Below are positions 29,401 through 42,895 of a stretch of 64,000 nt of DNA, piece by piece. Source of the DNA: Auanema rhodensis. Lineage: Eukaryota; Animalia; Nematoda. Within the stretch, counting starts at the first letter, position 1, and the number at the start of each line of letters is the position of its first letter. The notes under the pieces are model-generated. The model was given only the letters and a program-made list of their open reading frames with translations. It did not search any database and was not told the origin of the DNA. The position numbers were made by a program, and so were the translations under genes. The stretch lies in assembly GCA_964057225.1 (NCBI GenBank), contig OZ059895.1, positions 310,001 through 374,000 on the forward strand. Direction: 5' to 3'.

Positions 29401-32400
29401 CGAAAAAATTAATTCTTCAGGGTGAAAAAAAAATTAATTCTTCAGGGTGAAAATCGAGGATATAAGTGTGAACTTATATCAGTTGATATCTCGGTGCATT
29501 TTCAAGCTAGCGCAAATCTGATAACACAGATCGACGCAGCTTAAAAATCCGCATCGAATGCACTATACTACATTGAGAAACGCTTGATACAAAAATTAGT
29601 TATGATTGTTTGAAAAATGATGCATTAGTGTATGTTGAGTTTCCATGTACACTCAACATTGCTTCCAAAAACATTTTGACAAAAATTTTTTCGAAAAATT
29701 TCAAAATAATTTAGCAAAAAGTAGATGTTTTTAGATTCCTTTTTTTAAGGCAAAGACGATGGACAATGTTATTCAACGAAAAAATTAATTCTTCAGGGTG
29801 AAAAAAAAATTAATTCTTCAGGGTGAAAATCGAGGATATAAGTGTGAACTTATATCAGTTGATATCTCGGTGCATTTTTAAGCTAGCGCAAATTTGATAA
29901 CACAGATCGACGCAGCTTAAAAATCCGCATCGAATGCACTATACTACATTGAGAAACGCTTGATACAAAAATTAGTTATGATTGTTTGAAAAATGATGCA
30001 TTAGTGTATGTTGAGTTTCCATGTACACTCAACATTGCTTCCAAAAACATTTTGACAAAAATTTTTTCGAAAAATTTCAAAATAATTTAGCAAAAAGTAG
30101 ATGTTTTTAGATTCCTTTTTTTAAGGCAAAGACGATGGACAATGTTATTCAACGAAAAAATTAATTCTTCAGGGTGAAAAAAAAATTAATTCTTCAGGGT
30201 GAAAATCGAGGATATAAGTGTGAACTTATATCAGTTGATATCTCGGTGCATTTTTAAGCTAGCGCAAATTTGATAACACAGATCGACGCAGCTTAAAAAT
30301 CCGCATCGAATGCACTATACTACATTGAGAAACGCTTGATACAAAAATTAGTTATGATTGTTTGAAAAATGATGCATTAGTGTATGTTGAGTTTCCATGT
30401 ACACTCAACATTGCTTCCAAAAACATTTTGACAAAAATTTTTTCGAAAAATTTCAAAATAATTTAGCAAAAAATTGATGTTTTTAGATCCCATTTTTCAA
30501 GGCAAAGACGATAGGCAATGTTATTCAACGAAAAAATTAATTCTTCAGGGTGAAAATCGAGGATATAAGTGTGAACTTATATCAGTTGATATCTCGGTGC
30601 ATTTTTAAGCTAGCGCAAATCTGATAACACAGATCGACGCAGCTTAAAAATCCGCATCGAATGCACTATACTACATTGAGAAACGCTTGATACAAAAATT
30701 AGTTATGATTGTTTGAAAAATGATGCATTAGTGTATGTTGAGTTTCCATGTACACTCAACATTGCTTCCAAAAACATTTTGACAAAAATTTTTTCGAAAA
30801 ATTTCAAAATAATTTAGCAAAAAGTAGATGTTTTTAGATTCCTTTTTTTAAGGCAAAGACGATGGACAATGTTATTCAACGAAAAAATTAATTCTTCAGG
30901 GTGAAAAAAAAATTAATTCTTCAGGGTGAAAATCGAGGATATAAGTGTGAACTTATATCAGTTGATATCTCGGTGCATTTTCAAGCTAGCGCAAATCTGA
31001 TGACACAGATCGACGCAGCTTAAAAATCCGCATCGAATGCACTATACTACATCAAGAAACGCTTGATACAAAAATTAGTTATGATCGTTTGAAAAATGAT
31101 GCATTAGTGTATGTTGAGTTTCCATGTACACTCAACATTGCTTCCAAAAACATTTTGACAAAAATTTTTTCGAAAAATTTCAAAATAATTTAGCAAAAAG
31201 TAGATGTTTTTAGATTCCATTTTTCAAGGCAAAGACGATAGGCAATGTTATTCAACGAAAAAATTAATTCTTCAGGGTGAAAATCGAGGATATAAGTGTG
31301 AACTTATATCAGTTGATATCTCGGTGCATTTTTAAGCTAGCGCAAATCTGATAACACAGATCGACGCAGCTTAAAAATCCGCATCGAATGCACTATACTA
31401 CATTGAGAAACGCTTGATACAAAAATTAGTTATGATTGTTTGAAAAATGATGCATTAGTGTATGTTGAGTTTCCATGTACACTCAACATTGCTTCCAAAA
31501 ACATTTTGACAAAAATTTTTTCGAAAAATTTCAAAATAATTTAGCAAAAAGTAGATGTTTTTAGATTCCTTTTTTTAAGGCAAAGACGATGGACAATGTT
31601 ATTCAACGAAAAAATTAATTCTTCAGGGTGAAAATCGAGGATATAAGTGTGAACTTATATCAGTTGATATCTCGGTGCATTTTTAAGCTAGCGCAAATCT
31701 GATAACACAGATCGACGCAGCTTAAAAATCCGCATCGAATGCACTATACTACATCAAGAAACGCTTGATACAAAAATTAGTTATGATCGTTTGAAAAATG
31801 ATGCATTAGTGTATGTTGAGTTTCCATGTACACTCAACATTGCTTCCAAAAACATTTTGACAAAAATTTTTTCGAAAAATTTCAAAATAATTTAGCAAAA
31901 AGTAGATCTTTTTAGATTCCATTTTTCAAGGCAAAGACGATAGGCAATGTTATTCAACGAAAAAATTAATTCTTCAGGGTGAAAATCGAGGATATAAGTG
32001 TGAACTTATATCAGTTGATATCTCGGTGCATTTTTAAGCTAGCGCAAATCTGATAACACAGATCGACGCAGCTTAAAAATCCGCATCGAATGCACTATAC
32101 TACATTGAGAAACGCTTGATACAAAAATTAGTTATGATTGTTTGAAAAATGATGCATTAGTGTATGTTGAGTTTCCATGTACACTCAACATTGCTTCCAA
32201 AAACATTTTGACAAAAATTTTTTCGAAAAATTTCAAAATAATTTAGCAAAAAGTAGATGTTTTTAGATTCCTTTTTTTAAGGCAAAGACGATGGACAATG
32301 TTATTCAACGAAAAAATTGATTCTTCAGGGTGAAAATCGAGGATATAAGTGTGAACTTATATCAGTTGATATCTCGGTGCATTTTTAAGCTAGCGCAAAT

Positions 32401-35400
32401 TTGATAACACAGATCGACGCAGCTTAAAAATCCGCATCGAATGCACTATACTACATTGAGAAACGCTTGATACAAAAATTAGTTATGATTGTTTGAAAAA
32501 TGATGCATTAGTGTATGTTGAGTTTCCATGTACACTCAACATTGCTTCCAAAAACATTTTGACAAAAATTTTTTCGAAAAATTTCAAAATAATTTAGCAA
32601 AAAATTGATGTTTTTAGATTCCATTCTTCAAGGCAAAGACGATAGGCAATGTTATTCAACGAAAAAATTAATTCTTCAGGGTGAAAATCGAGGATATAAG
32701 TGTGAACTTATATCAGTTGATATCTCGGTGCATTTTTAAGCTAGCGCAAATCTGATAACACAGATCGACGCAGCTTAAAAATCCGCATCGAATGCACTAT
32801 ACTACATTGAGAAACGCTTGATACAAAAATTAGTTATGATTGTTTGAAAAATGATGCATTAGTGTATGTTGAGTTTCCATGTACACTCAACATTGCTTCC
32901 AAAAACATTTTGACAAAAATTTTTTCGAAAAATTTCAAAATAATTTAGCAAAAAGTAGATGTTTTTAGATTCCTTTTTTTAAGGCAAAGACGATGGACAA
33001 TGTTATTCAACGAAAAAATTAATTCTTCAGGGTGAAAAAAAAATTAATTCTTCAGGGTGAAAATCGAGGATATAAGTGTGAACTTATATCAGTTGATATC
33101 TCGGTGCATTTTTAAGCTAGCGCAAATTTGATAACACAGATCGACGCAGCTTAAAAATCCGCATCGAATGCACTATACTACATTGAGAAACGCTTGATAC
33201 AAAAATTAGTTATGATTGTTTGAAAAATGATGCATTAGTGTATGTTGAGTTTCCATGTACACTCAACATTGCTTCCAAAAACATTTTGACAAAAATTTTT
33301 TCGAAAAATTTCAAAATAATTTAGCAAAAAATTGATGTTTTTAGATTCCATTTTTCAAGGCAAAGACGATAGGCAATGTTATTCAACGAAAAAATTAATT
33401 CTTCAGGGTGAAAATCGAGGATATAAGTGTGAACTTATATCAGTTGATATCTCGGTGCATTTTTAAGCTAGCGCAAATCTGATAACACAGATCGACGCAG
33501 CTTAAAAATCCGCATCGAATGCACTATACTACATTGAGAAACGCTTGATACAAAAATTAGTTATGATTGTTTGAAAAATGATGCATTAGTGTATGTTGAG
33601 TTTCCATGTACACTCAACATTGCTTCCAAAAACATTTTGACAAAAATTTTTTCGAAAAATTTCAAAATAATTTAGCAAAAAGTAGATGTTTTTAGATTCC
33701 TTTTTTTAAGGCAAAGACGATGGACAATGTTATTCAACGAAAAAATTAATTCTTCAGGGTGAAAAAAAAATTAATTCTTCAGGGTGAAAATCGAGGATAT
33801 AAGTGTGAACTTATATCAGTTGATATCTCGGTGCATTTTCAAGCTAGCGCAAATCTGATAACACAGATCGACGCAGCTTAAAAATCCGCATCGAATGCAC
33901 TATACTACACTGAGAAACGCTTGATACAAAAATTAGTTATGATTGTTTGAAAAATGATGCATTAGTGTATGTTGAGTTTCCATGTACACTCAACATTGCT
34001 TCCAAAAACATTTTGACAAAAATTTTTTCGAAAAATTTCAAAATAATTTAGCAAAAAATAGATGTTTTTAGATTCCATTTTTTAAGGCAAAGACGATAGG
34101 CAATGTTATTCAACGAAAAAATTAATTCTTCAGGGTGAAAATCGAGGATATAAGTGTGAACTTATATCAGTTGATATCTCGGTGCATTTTTAAGCTAGCG
34201 CAAATCTGATAACACAGATCGACGCAGCTTAAAAATCCGCATCGAATGCACTATACTACATTGAGAAACGCTTGATACAAAAATTAGTTATGATTGTTTG
34301 AAAAATGATGCATTAGTGTATGTTGAGTTTCCATGTACACTCAACATTGCTTCCAAAAACATTTTGACAAAAATTTTTTCGAAAAATTTCAAAATAATTT
34401 AGCAAAAAGTAGATGTTTTTAGATTCCTTTTTTTAAGGCAAAGACGATGGACAATGTTATTCAACGAAAAAATTAATTCTTCAGGGTGAAAAAAAAATTA
34501 ATTCTTCAGGGTGAAAATCGAGGATATAAGTGTGAACTTATATCAGTTGATATCTCGGTGCATTTTCAAGCTAGCGCAAATCTGATAACACAGATCGACG
34601 TAGCTTAAAAATCCGCATCGAATGCACTATACTACATTGAGAAACGCTTGATACAAAAATTAGTTATGATTGTTTGAAAAATGATGCATTAGTGTATGTT
34701 GAGTTTCCATGTACACTCAACATTGCTTCCAAAAACATTTTGACAAAAATTTTTTCGAAAAATTTCAAAATAATTTAGCAAAAAATAGATGTTTTTAGAT
34801 TCCATTTTTTAAGGCAAAGACGATAGGCAATGTTATTCAACGAAAAAATTAATTCTTCAGGGTGAAAATCGAGGATATAAGTGTGAACTTATATCAGTTG
34901 ATATCTCGGTGCATTTTTAAGCTAGCGCAAATCTGATAACACAGATCGACGCAGCTTAAAAATCCGCATCGAATGCACTATACTACATTGAGAAACGCTT
35001 GATACAAAAATTAGTTATGATTGTTTGAAAAATGATGCATTAGTGTATGTTGAGTTTCCATGTACACTCAACATTGCTTCCAAAAACATTTTGACAAAAA
35101 TTTTTTCGAAAAATTTCAAAATAATTTAGCAAAAAAATTGATGTTTTTAGATTCCATTTTTCAAGGCAAAGACGATAGGCAATGTTATTCAACGAAAAAA
35201 TTAATTCTTCAGGGTGAAAATCGAGGATATAAGTGTGAACTTATATCAGTTGATATCTCGGTGCATTTTTAAGCTAGCGCAAATCTGATAACACAGATCG
35301 ACGCAGCTTAAAAATCCGCATCGAATGCACTATACTACATTGAGAAACGCTTGATACAAAAATTAGTTATGATTGTTTGAAAAATGATGCATTAGTGTAT

Positions 35401-38400
35401 GTTGAGTTTCCATGTACACTCAACATTGCTTCCAAAAACATTTTGACAAAAATTTTTTCGAAAAATTTCAAAATAATTTAGCAAAAAGTAGATGTTTTTA
35501 GATTCCTTTTTTTAAGGCAAAGACGATGGACAATGTTATTCAACGAAAAAATTAATTCTTCAGGGTGAAAAAAAAATTAATTCTTCAGGGTGAAAATCGA
35601 GGATATAAGTGTAAACTTATATCAGTTGATATCTCGGTGCATTTTTAAGCTAGCGCGAATCTGATAACACAGATCGACGCAGCTTAAAAATCCGCATCGA
35701 ATGCACTATACTACATTGAGAAACGCTTGATACAAAAATTAGTTATGATTGTTTGAAAAATGATGCATTAGTGTATGTTGAGTTTCCATGTACACTCAAC
35801 ATTGCTTCCAAAAACATTTTGACAAAAATTTTTTTCGAAAAATTTCAAAATAATTTAGCAAAAAGTAGATGTTTTTAGATTCCTTTTTTCAAGGCAAAGA
35901 CGATGGACAATGTTATTCAACGAAAAAATTAATTCTTCAGGGTGAAAATCGAGGATATAAGTATGAACTTATATCAGTTGATATCTCGGTGCATTTTAAG
36001 CTAGCGCAAATCTGATAACACAGATCGACGCAGCTTAAAAATCCGCATCGAATGCACTATACTACATTGAGAAACGCTTGATACAAAAATTAGTTATGAT
36101 TGTTTGAAAAATGATGCATTATGTATGTTGAGTTTCCATGTACACTCAACATTGCTTCCAAAAACATTTTGACAAAAATTTTTTCGAAAAATTTCAAAAT
36201 AATTTAGCAAAAAGTAGATGTTTTTAGATTCCTTTTTTTAAGGCAAAGACGATGGACAATGATATTCAACGAAAAAATTAATTCTTCAGGGTGAAAATCG
36301 AGGATATAAGTGTGAACTTATATCAGTTGATATCTCGGTGCATTTTCAAGCTAGCGCAAATCTGATAACACAGATCGACGCAGCTTAAAAATCCGCATCG
36401 AATGCACTATACTACATTGAGAAACGCTTGATACAAAAATTAGTTATGATTGTTTGAAAAATGATGCATTAGTGTATGTTGAGTTTCCATGTACACTCAA
36501 CATTGCTTCCAAAAACATTTTGACAAAAATTTTTTCGAAAAATTTCAAAATAATTTAGCAAAAAGTAGATGTTTTTAGATTCCATTTTTCAAGGCAAAGA
36601 CGATAGGCAATGTTATTCAACGAAAAAATTAATTCTTCAGGGTGAAAATCGAGGATATAAGTGTGAACTTATATCAGTTGATATCTCGGTGCATTTTTAA
36701 GCTAGCGCAAATCTGATAACACAGATCGACGCAGCTTAAAAATCCGCATCGAATGCACTATACTACATTGAGAAACGCTTGATACAAAAATTAGTTATGA
36801 TTGTTTGAAAAATGATGCATTAGTGTATGTTGAGTTTCCATGTACACTCAACATTGCTTCCAAAAACATTTTGACAAAAATTTTTTCGAAAAATTTCAAA
36901 ATAATTTAGCAAAAAAATTGATGTTTTTAGATTCCATTTTTCAAGGCAAAGACGATGGACAATGTTATTCAACGAAAAAATTATTCCTTCAGGGTGAAAA
37001 TCGAGGATATAAGTGTGAACTTATATCAGTTGATATCTCGGTGCATTTTTAAGCTAGCGCAAATCTGATAACACAGATCGACGCAGCTCAAAAATCCGCA
37101 TCGAATGCACTATACTACATCAAGAAACGCTTGATACAAAAATTAGTTATGATCGTTTGAAAAATGATGCATTAGTGTATGTTGAGTTTCCATGTACACT
37201 CAACATTGCTTCCAAAAACATTTTGACAAAAATTTTTTCGAAAAATTTCAAAATAATTTAGCAAAAAGTAGATGTTTTTAGATTCCATTTTTCAAGGCAA
37301 AGACGATAGGCAATGTTATTCAACGAAAAAATTAATTCTTCAGGGTGAAAATCGAGGATATAAGTGTGAACTTATATCAGTTGATATCTCGGTGCATTTT
37401 TAAGCTAGCGCAAATCTGATAACACAGATCGACGCAGCTTAAAAATCCGCATCGAATGCACTATACTACATTGAGAAACGCTTGATACAAAAATTAGTTA
37501 TGATTGTTTGAAAAATGATGCATTAGTGTATGTTGAGTTTCCATGTACACTCAACATTGCTTCCAAAAACATTTTGACAAAAATTTTTTCGAAAAATTTC
37601 AAAATAATTTAGCAAAAAGTAGATGTTTTTAGATTCCTTTTTTTAAGGCAAAGACGATGGACAATGTTATTCAACGAAAAAATTAATTCTTCAGGGTGAA
37701 AATCGAGGATATAAGTGTGAACTTATATCAGTTGATATCTCGGTGCATTTTTAAGCTAGCGCAAATCTGATAACACAGATCGACGCAGCTTAAAAATCCG
37801 CATCGAATGCACTATACTACATCAAGAAACGCTTGATACAAAAATTAGTTATGATCGTTTGAAAAATGATGCATTAGTGTATGTTGAGTTTCCATGTACA
37901 CTCAACATTGCTTCCAAAAACATTTTGACAAAAATTTTTTCGAAAAATTTCAAAATAATTTAGCAAAAAGTAGATGTTTTTAGATTTCTTTTTTCAAGGC
38001 AAAGACGATAGGCAATGTTATTCAACGAAAAAATTAATTCTTCAGGGTGAAAATCGAGGATATAAGTGTGAACTTATATCAGTTGATATCTCGGTGCATT
38101 TTTAAGCTAGCGCAAATCTGATAACACAGATCGACGCAGCTTAAAAATCCGCATCGAATGCACTATACTACATTGAGAAACGCTTGATACAAAAATTAGT
38201 TATGATTGTTTGAAAAATGATGCATTAGTGTATGTTGAGTTTCCATGTACACTCAACATTGCTTCCAAAAACATTTTGACAAAAATTTTTTCGAAAAATT
38301 TCAAAATAATTTAGCAAAAAGTAGATGTTTTTAGATTCCTTTTTTTAAGGCAAAGACGATGGACAATGTTATTCAACGAAAAAATTAATTCTTCAGGGTG

Positions 38401-41400
38401 AAAATCGAGGATATAAGTGTGAACTTATATCAGTTGATATCTCGGTGCATTTTTAAGCTAGCGCAAATCTGATAACACAGATCGACGCAGCTTAAAAATC
38501 CGCATCGAATGCACTATACTACATCAAGAAACGCTTGATACAAAAATTAGTTATGATCGTTTGAAAAATGATGCATTAGTGTATGTTGAGTTTCCATGTA
38601 CACTCAACATTGCTTCCAAAAACATTTTGACAAAAATTTTTTCGAAAAATTTCAAAATATTTTAGCAAAAAGTAGATGTTTTTAGATTCCATTTTTCAAG
38701 GCAAAGACGATAGGCAATGTTATTCAACGAAAAAATTAATTCTTCAGGGTGAAAATCGAGGATATAAGTGTGAACTTATATCAGTTGATATCTCGGTGCA
38801 TTTTTAAGCTAGCGCAAATCTGATAACACAGATCGACGCAGCTTAAAAATCCGCATCGAATGCACTATACTACATCAAGAAACGCTTGATACAAAAATTA
38901 GTTATGATCGTTTGAAAAATGATGCATTAGTGTATGTTGAGTTTCCATGTACACTCAACATTGCTTCCAAAAACATTTTGACAAAAATTTTTTCGAAAAA
39001 TTTCAAAATAATTTAGCAAAAAGTAGATGTTTTTAGATTCCATTTTTCAAGGCAAAGACGATAGGCAATGTTATTCAACGAAAAAATTAATTCTTCAGGG
39101 TGAAAATCGAGGATATAAGTGTGAACTTATATCAGTTGATATCTCGGTGCATTTTTAAGCTAGCGCAAATCTGATAACACAGATCGACGCAGCTTAAAAG
39201 TCCGCATCGAATGCACTATACTACATTGAGAAACGCTTGATACAAAAATTAGTTATGATTGTTTGAAAAATGATGCATTAGTGTATGTTGAGTTTCCATG
39301 TACACTCAACATTGCTTCCAAAAACATTTTGACAAAAATTTTTTCGAAAAATTTCAAAATAATTTAGCAAAAAGTAGGTGTTTTTAGATTCCTTTTTTTA
39401 AGGCAAAGACGATGGACAATGTTATTCAACGAAAAAATTAATTCTTCAGGGTGAAAATCGAGGATATAAGTGTGAACTTATATCAGTTGATATCTCGGTG
39501 CATTTTTAAGCTAGCGCAAATCTGATAACACAGATCGACGCAGCTTAAAAATCCGCATCGAATGCACTATACTACATCAAGAAACGCTTGATACAAAAAT
39601 TAGTTATGATCGTTTGAAAAATGATGCATTAGTGTATGTTGAGTTTCCATGTACACTCAACATTGCTTCCAAAAACATTTTGACAAAAATTTTTTCGAAA
39701 AATTTCAAAATAATTTAGCAAAAAGTAGATGTTTTTAGATTCCATTTTTCAAGGCAAAGACGATAGGCAATGTTATTCAACGAAAAAATTAATTCTTCAG
39801 GGTGAAAATCGAGGATATAAGTGTGAACTTATATCAGTTGATATCTCGGTGCATTTTTAAGCTAGCGCAAATCTGATAACACAGATCGACGCAGCTTAAA
39901 AATGAGCATCGAATGCACTATACTACATTGAGAAACGCTTGATACAAAAATTAGTTATGATCGTTTGAAAAATGATGCATTAGTGTATGTTGAGTTTCCA
40001 TGTACACACAACATTGCTTCCAAAAACATTTTGACAAAAACTTTTTCGAAAAATTTCAAAATAATTTAGCAAAAAGTAGATGTTTTTAGATTCTTTTTTT
40101 TAAGGCAAAGACGATGGACAATGTTATTCAACGAAAAAATTAATTCTTCAGGGTGAAAATCGAGGATATAAGTGTGAACTTATATCAGTTGATATCTCGG
40201 TGCATTTTTAAGCTAGCGCAAATCTGATAACACAGATCGACGCAGCTTAAAAATCCGCATCGAATGCACTATACTACATTGAGAAACGCTTGATACAAAA
40301 ATTAGTTATGATTGTTTGAAAAATGATGCATTAGTGTATGTTGAGTTTCCATGTACACTCAACATTGCTTCCAAAAACATTTTGACAAAAATTTTTTCGA
40401 AAAATTTCAAAATAATTTAGCAAAAAGTAGATGTTTTTAGATTACATTTTTCAAGGCAAAGACGATAGGCAATGTTATTCAACGAAAAAATTAATTCTTC
40501 AGGGTGAAAATCGAGGATATAAGTGTGAACTTATATCAGTTCATATCTCGGTGCATTTTTAAGCTAGCGCAAATCTGATAACACAGATCGACGCAGCTTA
40601 AAAGTCCGCATCGAATGCACTATACTACATTGAGAAACGCTTGATACAAAAATTAGTTATGATTGTTTGAAAAATGATGCATTAGTGTATGTTGAGTTTC
40701 CATGTACACTCAACATTGCTTCCAAAAACATTTTGACAAAAATTTTTTCGAAAAATTTCAAAATAATTTAGCAAAAAGTAGATGTTTTTAGATTCCTTTT
40801 TTTAAGGCAAAGACGATGGACAATGTTATTCAACGAAAAAATTAATTCTTCAGGGTGAAAATCGAGGATATAAGTGTGAACTTATATCAGTTGATATCTC
40901 GGTGCATTTTTAAGCTAGCGCAAATCTGATAACACAGATCGACGCAGCTTAAAAATCCGCATCGAATGCACTATACTACATTGAGAAACGCTTGATACAA
41001 AAATTAGTTATGATTGTTTGAAAAATGATGCATTAGTGTATGTTGAGTTTCCATGTACACTCAACATTGCTTCCAAAAACATTTTGACAAAAATTTTTTC
41101 GAAAAATTTCAAAATAATTTAGCAAAAAGTAGATGTTTTTAGATTCCTTTTTTTAAGGCAAAGACGATGGACAATGTTATTCAACGAAAAAATTAATTCT
41201 TCAGGGTGAAAATCGAGGATATAAGTGTGAACTTATATCAGTTGATATCTCGGTGCATTTTTAAGCTAGCGCAAATCTGATAACACAGATCGACGCAGCT
41301 TAAAAATCCGCATCGAATGCACTATACTACATCAAGAAACGCTTGATACAAAAATTAGTTATGATCGTTTGAAAAATGATGCATTAGTGTATGTTGAGTT

Positions 41401-42895
41401 TCCATGTACACTCAACATTGCTTCCAAAAACATTTTGACAAAAATTTTTTCGAAAAATTTCAAAATAATTTAGCAAAAAGTAGATGTTTTTAGATTTCAT
41501 TTTTCAAGGCAAAGACGATAGGCAATGTTATTCAACGAAAAAATTAATTCTTCAGGGTGAAAATCGAGGATATAAGTGTGAACTTATATCAGTTGATATC
41601 TCGGTGCATTTTTAAGCTAGCGCAAATCTGATAACACAGATCGACGCAGCTTAAAAATCCGCATCGAATGCACTATACTACATTGAGAAACGCTTGATAC
41701 AAAAATTAGTTATGATTGTTTGAAAAATGATGCATTAGTGTATGTTGAGTTTCCATGTACACTCAACATTGCTTCCAAAAACATTTTGACAAAAATTTTT
41801 TCGAAAAATTTCAAAATAATTTAGCAAAAAGTAGATGTTTTTAGATTCCTTTTTTTAAGGCAAAGACGATGGACAATGTTATTCAACGAAAAAATTAATT
41901 CTTCAGGGTGAAAATCGAGGATATAAGTGTGAACTTATATCAGTTGATATCTCGGTGCATTTTTAAGCTAGCGCAAATCTGATAACACAGATCGACGCAG
42001 CTTAAAAATCCGCATCGAATGCACTATACTACATCAAGAAACGCTTGATACAAAAATTAGTTATGATCGTTTGAAAAATGATGCATTAGTGTATGTTGAG
42101 TTTCCATGTACACTCAACATTGCTTCCAAAAACATTTTGACAAAAATTTTTTCGAAAAATTTCAAAATATTTTAGCAAAAAGTAGATGTTTTTAGATTCC
42201 ATTTTTCAAGGCAAAGACGATAGGCAATGTTATTCAACGAAAAAATTAATTCTTCAGGGTGAAAATCGAGGATATAAGTGTGAACTTATATCAGTTGATA
42301 TCTCGGTGCATTTTTAAGCTAGCGCAAATCTGATAACACAGATCGACGCAGCTTAAAAATCCGCATCGAATGCACTATACTACATCAAGAAACGCTTGAT
42401 ACAAAAATTAGTTATGATCGTTTGAAAAATGATGCATTAGTGTATGTTGAGTTTCCATGTACACTCAACATTGCTTCCAAAAACATTTTGACAAAAATTT
42501 TTTCGAAAAATTTCAAAATAATTTAGCAAAAAGTAGATGTTTTTAGATTCCATTTTTCAAGGCAAAGACGATAGGCAATGTTATTCAACGAAAAAATTAA
42601 TTCTTCAGGGTGAAAATCGAGGATATAAGTGTGAACTTATATCAGTTGATATCTCGGTGCATTTTTAAGCTAGCGCAAATCTGATAACACAGATCGACGC
42701 AGCTTAAAAGTCCGCATCGAATGCACTATACTACATTGAGAAACGCTTGATACAAAAATTAGTTATGATTGTTTGAAAAATGATGCATTAGTGTATGTTG
42801 AGTTTCCATGTACACTCAACATTGCTTCCAAAAACATTTTGACAAAAATTTTTTCGAAAAATTTCAAAATAATTTAGCAAAAAGTAGGTGTTTTT

